This document shows, piece after piece, positions 27,614-35,914 of a DNA stretch of 64,000 nucleotides. Origin of the DNA: an uncultured Syntrophaceae bacterium (GTDB lineage: Bacteria > Desulfobacterota > Syntrophia > Syntrophales > PHBD01); NCBI GenBank assembly GCA_964578535.1, contig CAZODI010000002.1, positions 12,177 to 76,176 on the forward strand, written 5' to 3'. The number at the start of each line of letters is the position of its first letter. The stretch's first letter is position 1. The notes beneath the pieces were generated by a model. That model did not search any database. It saw only the letters and a program-made list of their open reading frames with translations, and had not been told where the DNA came from. Made by a program: the position numbers and the translations under genes.

Positions 27614-28777
27614 GTGGAAAAAAGGGCCTGCATCCGGGGAGGCGCCCTGTCGTGCTCCCTCGGGACGGAGATGGACGCCGTCATCGGTGCCGTTCGCGGC
27701 GGGCGGACGCCCCTGGAGATCGTGCACCTGGATCTGGCGGGCCTCCCCTATGGTCGCCCCTACTACCGGCTTCCCTTCCGGGACGGAAGGCGCGACGCCG
27801 ATGTGGAGCGTTTCTTCTATGACGTTCTCTTCGATACGGTCGCCCGGGCCGTTGCCGGCGCCGGCTGGACGGCCCGAGATCTGGAGGGGGCGGCGTTCCT
27901 CTTCGGGTCCACCTCCATCGACATCCCCATCTACGAGGCCGCCTATGCCCGCTCGGAGGAGAACGGGATTCATTTCTTCGTCCACGCGTCCCTCGGCTAC
28001 GGCTCCATCGCCCGCGCCGCCGCGGACCGGTTCGGCATCGGCGGACCCTGCACGACCTTCACCACGGCCTGCACCTCCTCGGCCAATGCCGTCCTGTATG
28101 GGGCCGGCCTGATCGAGACGGGCGTCGTCGACCGGGCCGTGGCGGTCGGGTACGATCTCTACAACGCCACGGGCTTTTACGGCTTCGAGTCGCTCCGCCT
28201 CATGGCGCCGGAGCGCTACCGGCCCTTCGATGCGGACCGGGACGGGATCATCATGGGGGAGGGGTGCGGTGTCGTTCTTCTGGAGCGGGGCGGACCGGGG
28301 GACGGCGGGTTCGTTTTCCGCGGCGGCGCCAACCGGTGCGATCCCTTCAACGTGACGACCCACGAGGAGAACGGGACGGTGATCGCCGCCACCATGAGGC
28401 AGGCCCTCGCCGACGCCGGCGTGGGGGCGGACGGGATCGACGCCGTCAAGGCCCACGCCACGGGAAGCGACCTCAACGACCGGACGGAGTGCGCGGGCAT
28501 GCGGGCCGTCTTCGGCGACCGCCTGCCCCCCGTGACGGCCGTGAAGCCTTATGTGGGCCATACCGTCGGCGCCTCCGGGGCGATCGAGCTCCTGCTGGTC
28601 ACCGAGTCCCTGCGGCGGGGCTTTCTGCCCGCTGTGCCGGGATTCGAAAAGGAGGACCCGGAACTGGGCGTCAGCCCCCTGCGGGAGCCCCTGACGATGG
28701 CAAGGGGCACGGTCATGCTCAACTTCTTCGGGTTCGGCGGCAACTGCACGTCCCTGATCGTTTCGTCGGGAGGGTGA
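27614..28777 (+). CDS. beta-ketoacyl-ACP synthase (KS, catalytic Cys-His-His present)
   Basis: TACTSS (Cys), KAHATGS (His) and GHTVGASG (His) are present. GTG 27614 lies directly after the ACP stop. Confidence 0.85.
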   Translation: MEKRACIRGGALSCSLGTEMDAVIGAVRGGRTPLEIVHLDLAGLPYGRPYYRLPFRDGRRDADVERFFYDVLFDTVARAVAGAGWTARDLEGAAFLFGSTSIDIPIYEAAYARSEENGIHFFVHASLGYGSIARAAADRFGIGGPCTTFTTACTSSANAVLYGAGLIETGVVDRAVAVGYDLYNATGFYGFESLRLMAPERYRPFDADRDGIIMGEGCGVVLLERGGPGDGGFVFRGGANRCDPFNVTTHEENGTVIAATMRQALADAGVGADGIDAVKAHATGSDLNDRTECAGMRAVFGDRLPPVTAVKPYVGHTVGASGAIELLLVTESLRRGFLPAVPGFEKEDPELGVSPLREPLTMARGTVMLNFFGFGGNCTSLIVSSGG

Positions 28778-28779
28778 TC

Positions 28780-29655
28780 ATGTACATCCACGGCGCCTCG
28801 GCCTTCGTTACCGAACCGGGAACCCCGCCGCAGATCCTCAAGGAGGAGCTGGCCCGGGAATCCAAGGCATATTTCCGCCGGGTCAACCGCTACATCCTCC
28901 TGTCCCTCATCGGCGCCCACCGCTGCGTCGCGGGCCGGGCCGTACCGGCGGACACGGCGGTGTACCTGACGACGGAGCGAGGCAACTTAGGCGAGACGGA
29001 GTCGGTGCTCAGGCAGATCTTCCGCCAGCATTCCCTGCCCATGCCCTACAACTTCATCAACACCATGTCGAACACGGCGTCCTTCTACGTCGCCCAGGGG
29101 CTGGGCGCCGCTGGCCCGAACCTCTCGATCTCGGACCGCCTCCTGTCCTTCGAGCGGGGAATCACCCTGCTGACGGTGGATTTCCTGCGGGGCAGGGTCC
29201 GGAGCGCCCTTCTCGGCGGGGTGGACGAGGCCAATCCCTCGGCGGTTCACTTCGAGCGGACCTACGGGATCCCCGCCGGATCGGTACGGGGCGTCGAGGG
29301 GAGTGCCTGGCTCTGGGTGACGGACGAGCCGGAGGGGGCCCTGGGCCGGATCCTGGGGACCGGATCGGTCCGGGACGCCGGAGCAGGCGCGGCCTGGCTG
29401 AAGGAGAGGACCGGCAGGTCTCCCGTCATCGGCTACGGCCTCTCCGTGCCCGCGGCGGACCGGGAGGCCTGGAGCCGTGCCGTCGGGGCGGTGGACGAGT
29501 TCGACTATCTTTCCGCGCACGGCTGGTTCGATTCCGCCACGGCCCTGGGGATCAGCCGGTTTGTACAGGAGTGTCCGGGCCGCCTCCTCCTTCACGTGAC
29601 CTGCGACCGTCCGGGCCGCTACACCCTGGCGGCCGTGGAGACCGCCGCGAAATAG
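28780..29655 (+). CDS. KS-like chain-length-factor type protein (no active-site Cys)
   Basis: A thiolase-fold-like sequence (NFINTMSNTASFYVAQGLG) sits where KS carries its Cys. It is immediately downstream of KS, matching the APE KS:CLF pair arrangement. Confidence 0.7.
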   Translation: MYIHGASAFVTEPGTPPQILKEELARESKAYFRRVNRYILLSLIGAHRCVAGRAVPADTAVYLTTERGNLGETESVLRQIFRQHSLPMPYNFINTMSNTASFYVAQGLGAAGPNLSISDRLLSFERGITLLTVDFLRGRVRSALLGGVDEANPSAVHFERTYGIPAGSVRGVEGSAWLWVTDEPEGALGRILGTGSVRDAGAGAAWLKERTGRSPVIGYGLSVPAADREAWSRAVGAVDEFDYLSAHGWFDSATALGISRFVQECPGRLLLHVTCDRPGRYTLAAVETAAK

Positions 29656-29724
29656 CCCGGTCCCCCGCCGGGCCACGCGACCCCGGCAGGGGATGCTTCC
29701 TGGGTGCTGCCTGTACAGAGGAGC

Positions 29725-30561
29725 TCAGTTCGCCGGCTTTACGGCGGACACCCGGATGCTCACCGCCGTGGCGGCGAGATCCGACAACTCCTCCCGGGAA
29801 AGCCCCAGATCGCGGACCATGGTCTGGACCGTGGGATCGTTAAGCAGGAAGTCCACCGGGAAGACGTTTTGCCCGACGACCTCAATGCCCGTGAATCCCG
29901 CTGCGGCGATCGCTCCCAGGTAATCGGCTTTCCGTGCCGCCCCGGCCACGCAGCCGATCCAGGCGGTGAGTGACGCCTTGATCGCCTCCGGAAGATCCTT
30001 CGTCAGGACGATGTCCGAGACCATCAGCCGCCCCCCCGGTCTGAGGATCCGGAAGGCCTCCCGGAATACCTGCTGCTTGTCGGGCGAGAGGTTGATGACG
30101 CAGTTCGAGATGATTGCGTCGGCCTCCCCGTCCGCCACAGGCAGGTGCTCGATCTCGCCCAGGCGGAAGGCCACGTTTTCGTAGCCCCCCTTCCGGGCGT
30201 TTTCCCGCGCCTTCTCGATCATCTCCGGTGTCATGTCCACGCCGATGACCCGCCCCGTGGGTCCCACCTGCCGGGACGCCAGGAAGGCGTCGAAGCCCGC
30301 TCCGGACCCGAGGTCCACGACCGTCTCCCCTTCCCGGAGGGAAGCCAGGGCGACGGGGTTGCCGCAGCCGAGGCCGAGGTTCGCCCCCTCCGGGACGGAG
30401 GCCAGGTCCTCATCCGAGTAGCCGACAGCCTTGCCGATTGCCGCCGCCTGCTGTGCACCTCCACAGCAACCCGCGATGGGCAGGCTGCAGCAGGAATTCC
30501 CCGTGACGGCGATCTTCCCGTACCCTTCCCGGACATTGGTCCGGATGTCTTCGTTTTTCAT
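29725..30561 (-). CDS. arsM: arsenite S-adenosylmethionine methyltransferase
   Basis: VREGYGKIA, N-terminal Cys pairs, VVDLGSGAGFD and ISNCVINLSPDK are ArsM hallmarks. Confidence 0.85.
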   Translation of the reverse strand: MKNEDIRTNVREGYGKIAVTGNSCCSLPIAGCCGGAQQAAAIGKAVGYSDEDLASVPEGANLGLGCGNPVALASLREGETVVDLGSGAGFDAFLASRQVGPTGRVIGVDMTPEMIEKARENARKGGYENVAFRLGEIEHLPVADGEADAIISNCVINLSPDKQQVFREAFRILRPGGRLMVSDIVLTKDLPEAIKASLTAWIGCVAGAARKADYLGAIAAAGFTGIEVVGQNVFPVDFLLNDPTVQTMVRDLGLSREELSDLAATAVSIRVSAVKPAN

Positions 30562-30670
30562 CGATCATCCTCCATGATTTGAATTGCAGTTTTCAGGTAT
30601 AGGGAACCCGCGGCGACATCGCTCCGGGATGCCGGTTTCACTCGATCCTGCCGTCCGCTCCTGAACGGCA

Positions 30671-30952
30671 TCAATCCGCCAGATCCCCCAGGACGGGTCC
30701 CAGGAACTCCCGGACTCCCCGGGCCAGGGCGTCCGCCTTGATCAGGGTCAGACAGCAGACTTCGCCGTCCTTCTCCCAACTGACGAGAGCCAGTTTGTCT
30801 CCCGTCCGGATGTTCGCCCGCTCCCGGATGTCCTTGGGCAGGACCATCTGTCCCCGCTCGTCGACCCCCAGAAGGGCCTCGACCCGGCAGCAACTCTTGC
30901 CGCTCCGGGACGGCGTGCAGCATTCCTTGTCACTGGTTGTCTTGTCCGTCAT
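30671..30952 (-). CDS. AbrB/MazE/SpoVT-family DNA-binding protein with three vicinal Cys pairs
   Basis: The SpoVT-AbrB core GQMVLPKDIRERANIRTGDKLALV is present. CC dipeptides occur at KECC, KSCC and EVCC. Confidence 0.7.
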   Translation of the reverse strand: MTDKTTSDKECCTPSRSGKSCCRVEALLGVDERGQMVLPKDIRERANIRTGDKLALVSWEKDGEVCCLTLIKADALARGVREFLGPVLGDLAD

Positions 30953-30971
30953 TGTTGCTCCAGAATGGATT

Positions 30972-30997
30972 GATTGTTCAGATGCGTCTGAACAATC
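30972..30997. promoter_or_regulatory. perfect 11-bp inverted repeat GATTGTTCAGA-tgcg-TCTGAACAATC (candidate operator)
   Basis: Read directly from the sequence. It begins 20 nt upstream of the AbrB-like start codon, in the divergent intergenic region. Confidence 0.45.
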
Positions 30998-31054
30998 TGA
31001 ATTATATGTATCGATCCCGGATTGTCAAGGGGGTATCGCTCCGGGTTTTTCCGT

Positions 31055-31083
31055 TTGCCAAGGGGCTGCCAAACCAGTATGAT
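31055..31083 (+). promoter_or_regulatory. candidate sigma70 promoter TTGCCA-N17-TATGAT for the radical-SAM lipid block
   Basis: Each hexamer matches its consensus at 5 of 6 positions, with a 17-nt spacer. It lies about 50 nt upstream of GTG 31135. Confidence 0.45.
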
Positions 31084-31134
31084 CCCGAAGCATTTCCATG
31101 GAGTGAACCAATTCGAAGAGACAGGTGCCGTTCC

Positions 31135-32484
31135 GTGAAAGTCCTGCTCGTTTCCCTCAACCGCCTGACAGCGCCCTACCCGGTATACCCTCTCGGGCTG
31201 GACTATGTGGCGGGGGCCATCCGCGACCGCCATCCGGTCCGGATCGTCGATCTGGCCGTCCCGGGGTCGCCGGAGGGGCTTGCTGATGAGATCCGAAGCA
31301 TGGCTCCGGACCTGGTCGGCCTGTCGATCCGCAACATCGACAACACGGATGCCTCCAATCCCCTGGATTTTGTCGAGGAGTACCGGGAGGTCGTCACCGG
31401 GATCCGCGCCGTTTTCTCCGGTCCCCTCGTGCTCGGGGGAAGCGGCTTCACGATTTTTCCGGAAGCGCTGATGTCCCGGCTCGGGGCCGATTACGGCATC
31501 GTCGGCGAGGGGGAGCGCCTCCGCCCGCTTCTGGATGCCCTGGAACAGGGCCGGGATCCGTCGGGACTGCCGGGCGTCGTCACGAAAGGCTGCGGTGCCC
31601 CGGCGCCGGCGCCCTGGGGCGGTTCCCCGGTCCGGCATTTTGAAGGATCCGCCCGCCACGTCGCGACCTATCTCGACCGCGGGGGGATGATGAACCTGGA
31701 GACGAAGCGGGGCTGTCCGCATCAATGCCTGTACTGCACCTATCCCCACATCGACGGCCGGATCCTCCGCCGGCGGGATCCGGAAGAGGTGGCGAGAGAG
31801 GCGCGAATGCTCCAGGAACGGGGAGCCCGCTTTCTCTTCCTGACCGACTCCACCTTCAACACGGACCTGTCCCATTCCCTGGATGTGGCCCGCGCTTTCC
31901 GGGAGGCCGGCCTGTCTGTCCCCTGGACGGCGTTCTTCGCCCCCTTCCAGGTGCCTCCGGATTACTGGCGGGAGTTGAAGGACGCGGGGCTCAGCCACGT
32001 CGAGTTCGGCACCGAGGCCCTCTCGGACCGGATGCTCGCCTCGTACCGGAAACCCTTCCGGACCGCCGATGTCTTCCAGTGCCATGAGGCGGCCGTGGAG
32101 GCCGGCCTTCACGTGGCCCATTACCTCCTCCTGGGCGGTCCCGGCGAGGATGCCGAGACCCTGGCGGAGACCCTGAACCGGGCCGAGGAACTGTGCAGGG
32201 CCGTGTTTTTCCTCTTCCCGGGAATCCGGATCTACCCCCACACGGGGCTGTATGATGCTGCCCTTCGCGAAGGGCGACTGCAGGCCTCGGACGACCTCCT
32301 GAAGCCCCGTTTTTATATCTCCGGAGCCTTCGGGGAAGGGGAACTGGAGCGGCGGGTGAGGAGCCGTGCCGCCGGAAGGGGCCACTGGGTCGTGGGGGCC
32401 GGCGGAGACGAGACGGCCTCCGTCGTCACCCGCCTCCACCGCCGTGGTTGGAAAGGACCGCTCTGGGAGCACCTGATCCCATGA
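31135..32484 (+). CDS. B12-binding domain radical SAM protein (lipid-cluster type)
   Basis: The N-terminal VKVLLVSLN...DLVGLSIRN is a B12-binding-like domain, followed by ETKRGCPHQCLYCTYP (CxxxCxxC). The GTG start is inferred from the conserved N-terminus. Confidence 0.85.
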   Translation: MKVLLVSLNRLTAPYPVYPLGLDYVAGAIRDRHPVRIVDLAVPGSPEGLADEIRSMAPDLVGLSIRNIDNTDASNPLDFVEEYREVVTGIRAVFSGPLVLGGSGFTIFPEALMSRLGADYGIVGEGERLRPLLDALEQGRDPSGLPGVVTKGCGAPAPAPWGGSPVRHFEGSARHVATYLDRGGMMNLETKRGCPHQCLYCTYPHIDGRILRRRDPEEVAREARMLQERGARFLFLTDSTFNTDLSHSLDVARAFREAGLSVPWTAFFAPFQVPPDYWRELKDAGLSHVEFGTEALSDRMLASYRKPFRTADVFQCHEAAVEAGLHVAHYLLLGGPGEDAETLAETLNRAEELCRAVFFLFPGIRIYPHTGLYDAALREGRLQASDDLLKPRFYISGAFGEGELERRVRSRAAGRGHWVVGAGGDETASVVTRLHRRGWKGPLWEHLIP

Positions 32485-33323
32485 AAAATGTGCCTTCGCC
32501 CTGGTCGCCGGCCCACCGGACGGGAGCCGCCTCGCTGCTGCTGGCGGCGGGGGCGGGGGCCGTACAGCCCTGGTGGGCCATCGTTCCCCTTGCGCTTTTT
32601 CTGCTCCTCTGCGGTGTCCTCCCGTTCTTTCCCCGGTCGTCGTTCTTTCTGCCTGTTCTAAGCACGGGAAATCCGGAGAAAAATTCCGTATCGCTCACCT
32701 TCGACGATGGGCCGGATCCCCTGGTCACCCCCCGCCTTCTGGAGATCCTGGCCGCGGCGAGTGTCCCGGCGGCCTTTTTTGTGACGGGAGAGCGGGCGGC
32801 CCGCCATCCGGAGCTGATCCGGGCGATCCTCGCGGCGGGACATGAAGTGGGGAACCATTCGTGGCATCACGATCCCCTGCTCATGCTCCGCCCGATGTCC
32901 GTCCTGCGGCGGGAAGTCGAGGGGGCCCAGCAGATCCTCATGGAGGCGGGGATCCGCCCCCGGGCGTTCCGTCCGCCCGTCGGGATCACGAACCCGAGGC
33001 TTCCCGCTGTCCTTCGCGGATCGGGAATGATCTGCGTCACCTTCAGCCGCCGGGGTGCCGACTGGGGAAACCGGCGCGTTCCGGGACTGGCGGGGCGCCT
33101 TCTGCGGCAAGTCCGGCCCGGCGATATCCTGCTTCTGCACGATATCTCGCCTCCCGGGCCCGGGGGAGCCGACCGGTGGCTGGCCGAGGTCGCCGATCTC
33201 CTCCGGGGGCTCCGGGAGCGGTCCCTGGGGATCGCTTTACTATCCGATCTGATTGAACAATCTGTCATGGAACGGACGACCCGTCCGGGGAAAAAAGGTT
33301 TTGCTCCCCCGGGGCAAGAGTGA
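32481..33323 (+). CDS. polysaccharide deacetylase (NodB/CE4) family protein with N-terminal TM segments
   Basis: The motifs LTFDDGP, GHEVGNHSWHH and RPP.G form the CE4 metal/catalytic set. The start overlaps the upstream stop in an ATGA. Confidence 0.85.
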   Translation: MKNVPSPWSPAHRTGAASLLLAAGAGAVQPWWAIVPLALFLLLCGVLPFFPRSSFFLPVLSTGNPEKNSVSLTFDDGPDPLVTPRLLEILAAASVPAAFFVTGERAARHPELIRAILAAGHEVGNHSWHHDPLLMLRPMSVLRREVEGAQQILMEAGIRPRAFRPPVGITNPRLPAVLRGSGMICVTFSRRGADWGNRRVPGLAGRLLRQVRPGDILLLHDISPPGPGGADRWLAEVADLLRGLRERSLGIALLSDLIEQSVMERTTRPGKKGFAPPGQE

Positions 33324-33426
33324 TATAGAATCACGCTTTCATCGGCTTCCCTGGACAGGGTTTGGGCAGGGAATCCGATTCATCGATCTCTTCAGGTTTC
33401 GGGACGTCCATTGCAGTTGGGGGAAC

Positions 33427-33810
33427 ATGACCGAATACTGGCAGGACCTGAAGCTGAAAGAGAAAGACGCATCCGGAAGGCTTGTTGCCGAGGCCCGGTT
33501 CGCCCCGGATTCACTCTGGTTTTCCGGTCACTTTCCCGGGCATCCCATCGTCCCGGGGGTGGCGCTGCTGTACCTGGTGGCGGAGGTTCTCCGCCGGGGC
33601 GAAGCTGGAGGAGAGCGTGTGATCGTGAAATCCATCCGGAGGGTTCGCTTCCGCCAGCCGGCTTATCCGGGTGACAACCTGACCGTCATCGTTTCCCCCG
33701 ACGAGGGGAGGACGGAGGGCGCATACCTGTTCCGCCTTCTCTCGGAGGGGGAAACGGTCTGCAGCGGATCCATCGGGACACGCCGCGACCGGGGCGGGAA
33801 CGGCTGCTGA
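33427..33810 (+). CDS. FabZ/FabA-like hotdog 3-hydroxyacyl-ACP dehydratase
   Basis: FSGHFPGHPIVPGVALLYLVAEV is the FabZ catalytic His motif. Confidence 0.75.
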   Translation: MTEYWQDLKLKEKDASGRLVAEARFAPDSLWFSGHFPGHPIVPGVALLYLVAEVLRRGEAGGERVIVKSIRRVRFRQPAYPGDNLTVIVSPDEGRTEGAYLFRLLSEGETVCSGSIGTRRDRGGNGC

Positions 33811-33839
33811 GAATACCGAATCGTCGAGGAGGAAGATTC

Positions 33840-34115
33840 ATGTCTGACGTCAAGGACATCGAACAGCATATTCTTCGCATCGCCCAGATCGTCATCGACG
33901 AGCTGAGGCTGGAGGACGTCACGAAGGAGACCTTCGATCCCGACCTGGATCTTGTGGATGAACTGGGGATCGACAGCATGGACCTGGCGACCGTAGCACT
34001 TGTCCTCCAGGACGAATACGGCGTGAGCATCGATGAGGACGATTATCCCAAGCTGAAAACCCTCCGGCTGATTGCGGAATATCTTCTGGCCAGGCTTCAG
34101 GAAAAGGCTGCCTGA
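33840..34115 (+). CDS. acyl carrier protein
   Basis: 91 aa with LGIDSMDLATVAL. Confidence 0.85.
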   Translation: MSDVKDIEQHILRIAQIVIDELRLEDVTKETFDPDLDLVDELGIDSMDLATVALVLQDEYGVSIDEDDYPKLKTLRLIAEYLLARLQEKAA

Positions 34116-34142
34116 TGCCGGCGATGGGCAACGATTCCGGTA

Positions 34143-35237
34143 ATGGAGGAGCCGTTGACGAATCGAACCGCCCCGGCGGAAAAAACAGAAGGAAAATGGA
34201 AGTTCGGCGATCTTCTTCGTGACGAGCAGGTCCGGGACCGGTGGGAGAAGGTCCGGAAGTACTTCTTCCTGCGGGAATCCACCTATGACATGACCAACCG
34301 CTGCAACATCCGGTGCGACGGCTGCTACTATTACGAGGGGGAAAAACAGTTCGCCCCGGAAAACCGGGATCCCGGCGCCTGGCGGGAACGGATGCAAAAG
34401 GAGAAGGAGCGGGGCATCACGTACGTGGTTCTGGCCGGCGCCGAACCCTCCCTGGTTCCCGAGCTTCTCGAAACCTGCTTCGAGGTCATGCCCTTAGGCA
34501 GCATTGCCACCAACGGATTCCGGCTCATCCCCTCCGCGATCGGCTACAAAATCCATATCTCCGTCTGGGGAAACGACGAGACGAGCCGGCGGGTCCGCAA
34601 CGCCGCCAACCTCCTGGAAAGGCAGCTCGACAACTACGACGGGGATCCCCGGGCGGTCTTCGTTTACACCTTCACGAGACAGAATATCCGGGAAATCGCC
34701 GAAGTGTCGGAACGGATCGCCGGCCGGAACGGAAAGCTGACCTTCAACGTCTTTTCCGCTCCCGTCGGTTACAAGGGTCCCCTCCGGCATGACCATTCCT
34801 CCCTGGAGGAAACACGCCGGGCGATGCTGGAGACCATGGCGCGCCACCCGGCATCCGTGCTGTTTTCGAATTACAGCGCCATGGCCCATACGCACGGGCT
34901 GGGGCTGCATGCCCTGTACGGCTGCTCCTATCCCCGCCGGAACGCCTCCACGGACATCGGCCTCGGGCGCTCCTTCCGGCAGTACCGGGCCGATCTGACC
35001 TGGGACCGGAGCGTCGCCTGCTGCGTTCCCGACACGGACTGCGACGACTGCCGCCACTATGCCGCCGGAAGCGCCGTGGTGACGGCCCGCCTGTTCCGGC
35101 ATGCCTCCGACCCCGATACGTTCCGCTCCTGGCTGGATTACGTGGACACGTACCTGGCGGTGTGGGTCATGGGTTACGAGAAGGGGGAGAATCTCTGCGA
35201 CCGCCTGGTGGATCCGCCGGGATTTTCCATGAAATAG
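34143..35237 (+). CDS. radical SAM protein (non-B12; paralog of 35915..36913)
   Basis: YDMTNRCNIRCDGCYY (CxxxCxxC) and LAGAEPSL are present. A C-terminal Cys cluster ACCVPDTDCDDCRHYAA is also present. Confidence 0.8.
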   Translation: MEEPLTNRTAPAEKTEGKWKFGDLLRDEQVRDRWEKVRKYFFLRESTYDMTNRCNIRCDGCYYYEGEKQFAPENRDPGAWRERMQKEKERGITYVVLAGAEPSLVPELLETCFEVMPLGSIATNGFRLIPSAIGYKIHISVWGNDETSRRVRNAANLLERQLDNYDGDPRAVFVYTFTRQNIREIAEVSERIAGRNGKLTFNVFSAPVGYKGPLRHDHSSLEETRRAMLETMARHPASVLFSNYSAMAHTHGLGLHALYGCSYPRRNASTDIGLGRSFRQYRADLTWDRSVACCVPDTDCDDCRHYAAGSAVVTARLFRHASDPDTFRSWLDYVDTYLAVWVMGYEKGENLCDRLVDPPGFSMK

Positions 35238-35276
35238 AGACCCCGGGACAACCGGGACCGAGAGAAAGGATGGACC

Positions 35277-35912
35277 ATGAAACCGAATTCCATGAAGACC
35301 TGGAAAGCCGGAGCCGCTCTTTTCGTTGCGATTCTGTTTCTCGCCGGATGCGGGGCCGCCGGGGGCGTCAAGGTCGCCGTCCAGCAGGATAAATACAACC
35401 CCGGATTCCGGGCCTCCGACGCGGGGCGGCTCAAGGGCAAGCGGATCGCCCTGGCCTCCTTCATCAACCGGGCGGACAACACGAAGACCTGGAACTTCTA
35501 CAGCCCCGACAAAAAGCGGGTCTATGAGACCTCGACGCCGCTGGAGTCGTTCTTCTGGGAGTGCTACAGCAAGGCCTTCCGGCATGCCGGCGCCCGGATC
35601 GTGGACTACCAGGGGGGCGCCTACCATGGCCCCGGGCCCTGGTGGTGGGGCGGGCCCCAGCCGGCAGGCGTTGTCGCCCCGAAGGGCGTTCCCGAAATCC
35701 AGCTGGTGCTGACCTCCGTCACGGACCAGGAGGTGCGTTTCCAGGTTTACGTCTTCCGGGACGGCGTCGAGAAATTACGGAAGGACTATGTGGCGACGAT
35801 GTCGCCGGCGGCGTCCCAGGACGTGAAGGACCTGGAGAAGCGCGCCTATGAACTGGTCGACCAGACCTTCACGACCCTGGTCCGGGATCGTGATTTTCAG
35901 AGGGCCCTGTAG
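35277..35912 (+). CDS. lipoprotein of unknown function
   Basis: Signal peptide with lipobox FLAGC. I recognise no domain. It lies between the two paralogous radical SAM genes. Confidence 0.55.
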   Translation: MKPNSMKTWKAGAALFVAILFLAGCGAAGGVKVAVQQDKYNPGFRASDAGRLKGKRIALASFINRADNTKTWNFYSPDKKRVYETSTPLESFFWECYSKAFRHAGARIVDYQGGAYHGPGPWWWGGPQPAGVVAPKGVPEIQLVLTSVTDQEVRFQVYVFRDGVEKLRKDYVATMSPAASQDVKDLEKRAYELVDQTFTTLVRDRDFQRAL

Positions 35913-35914
35913 GC

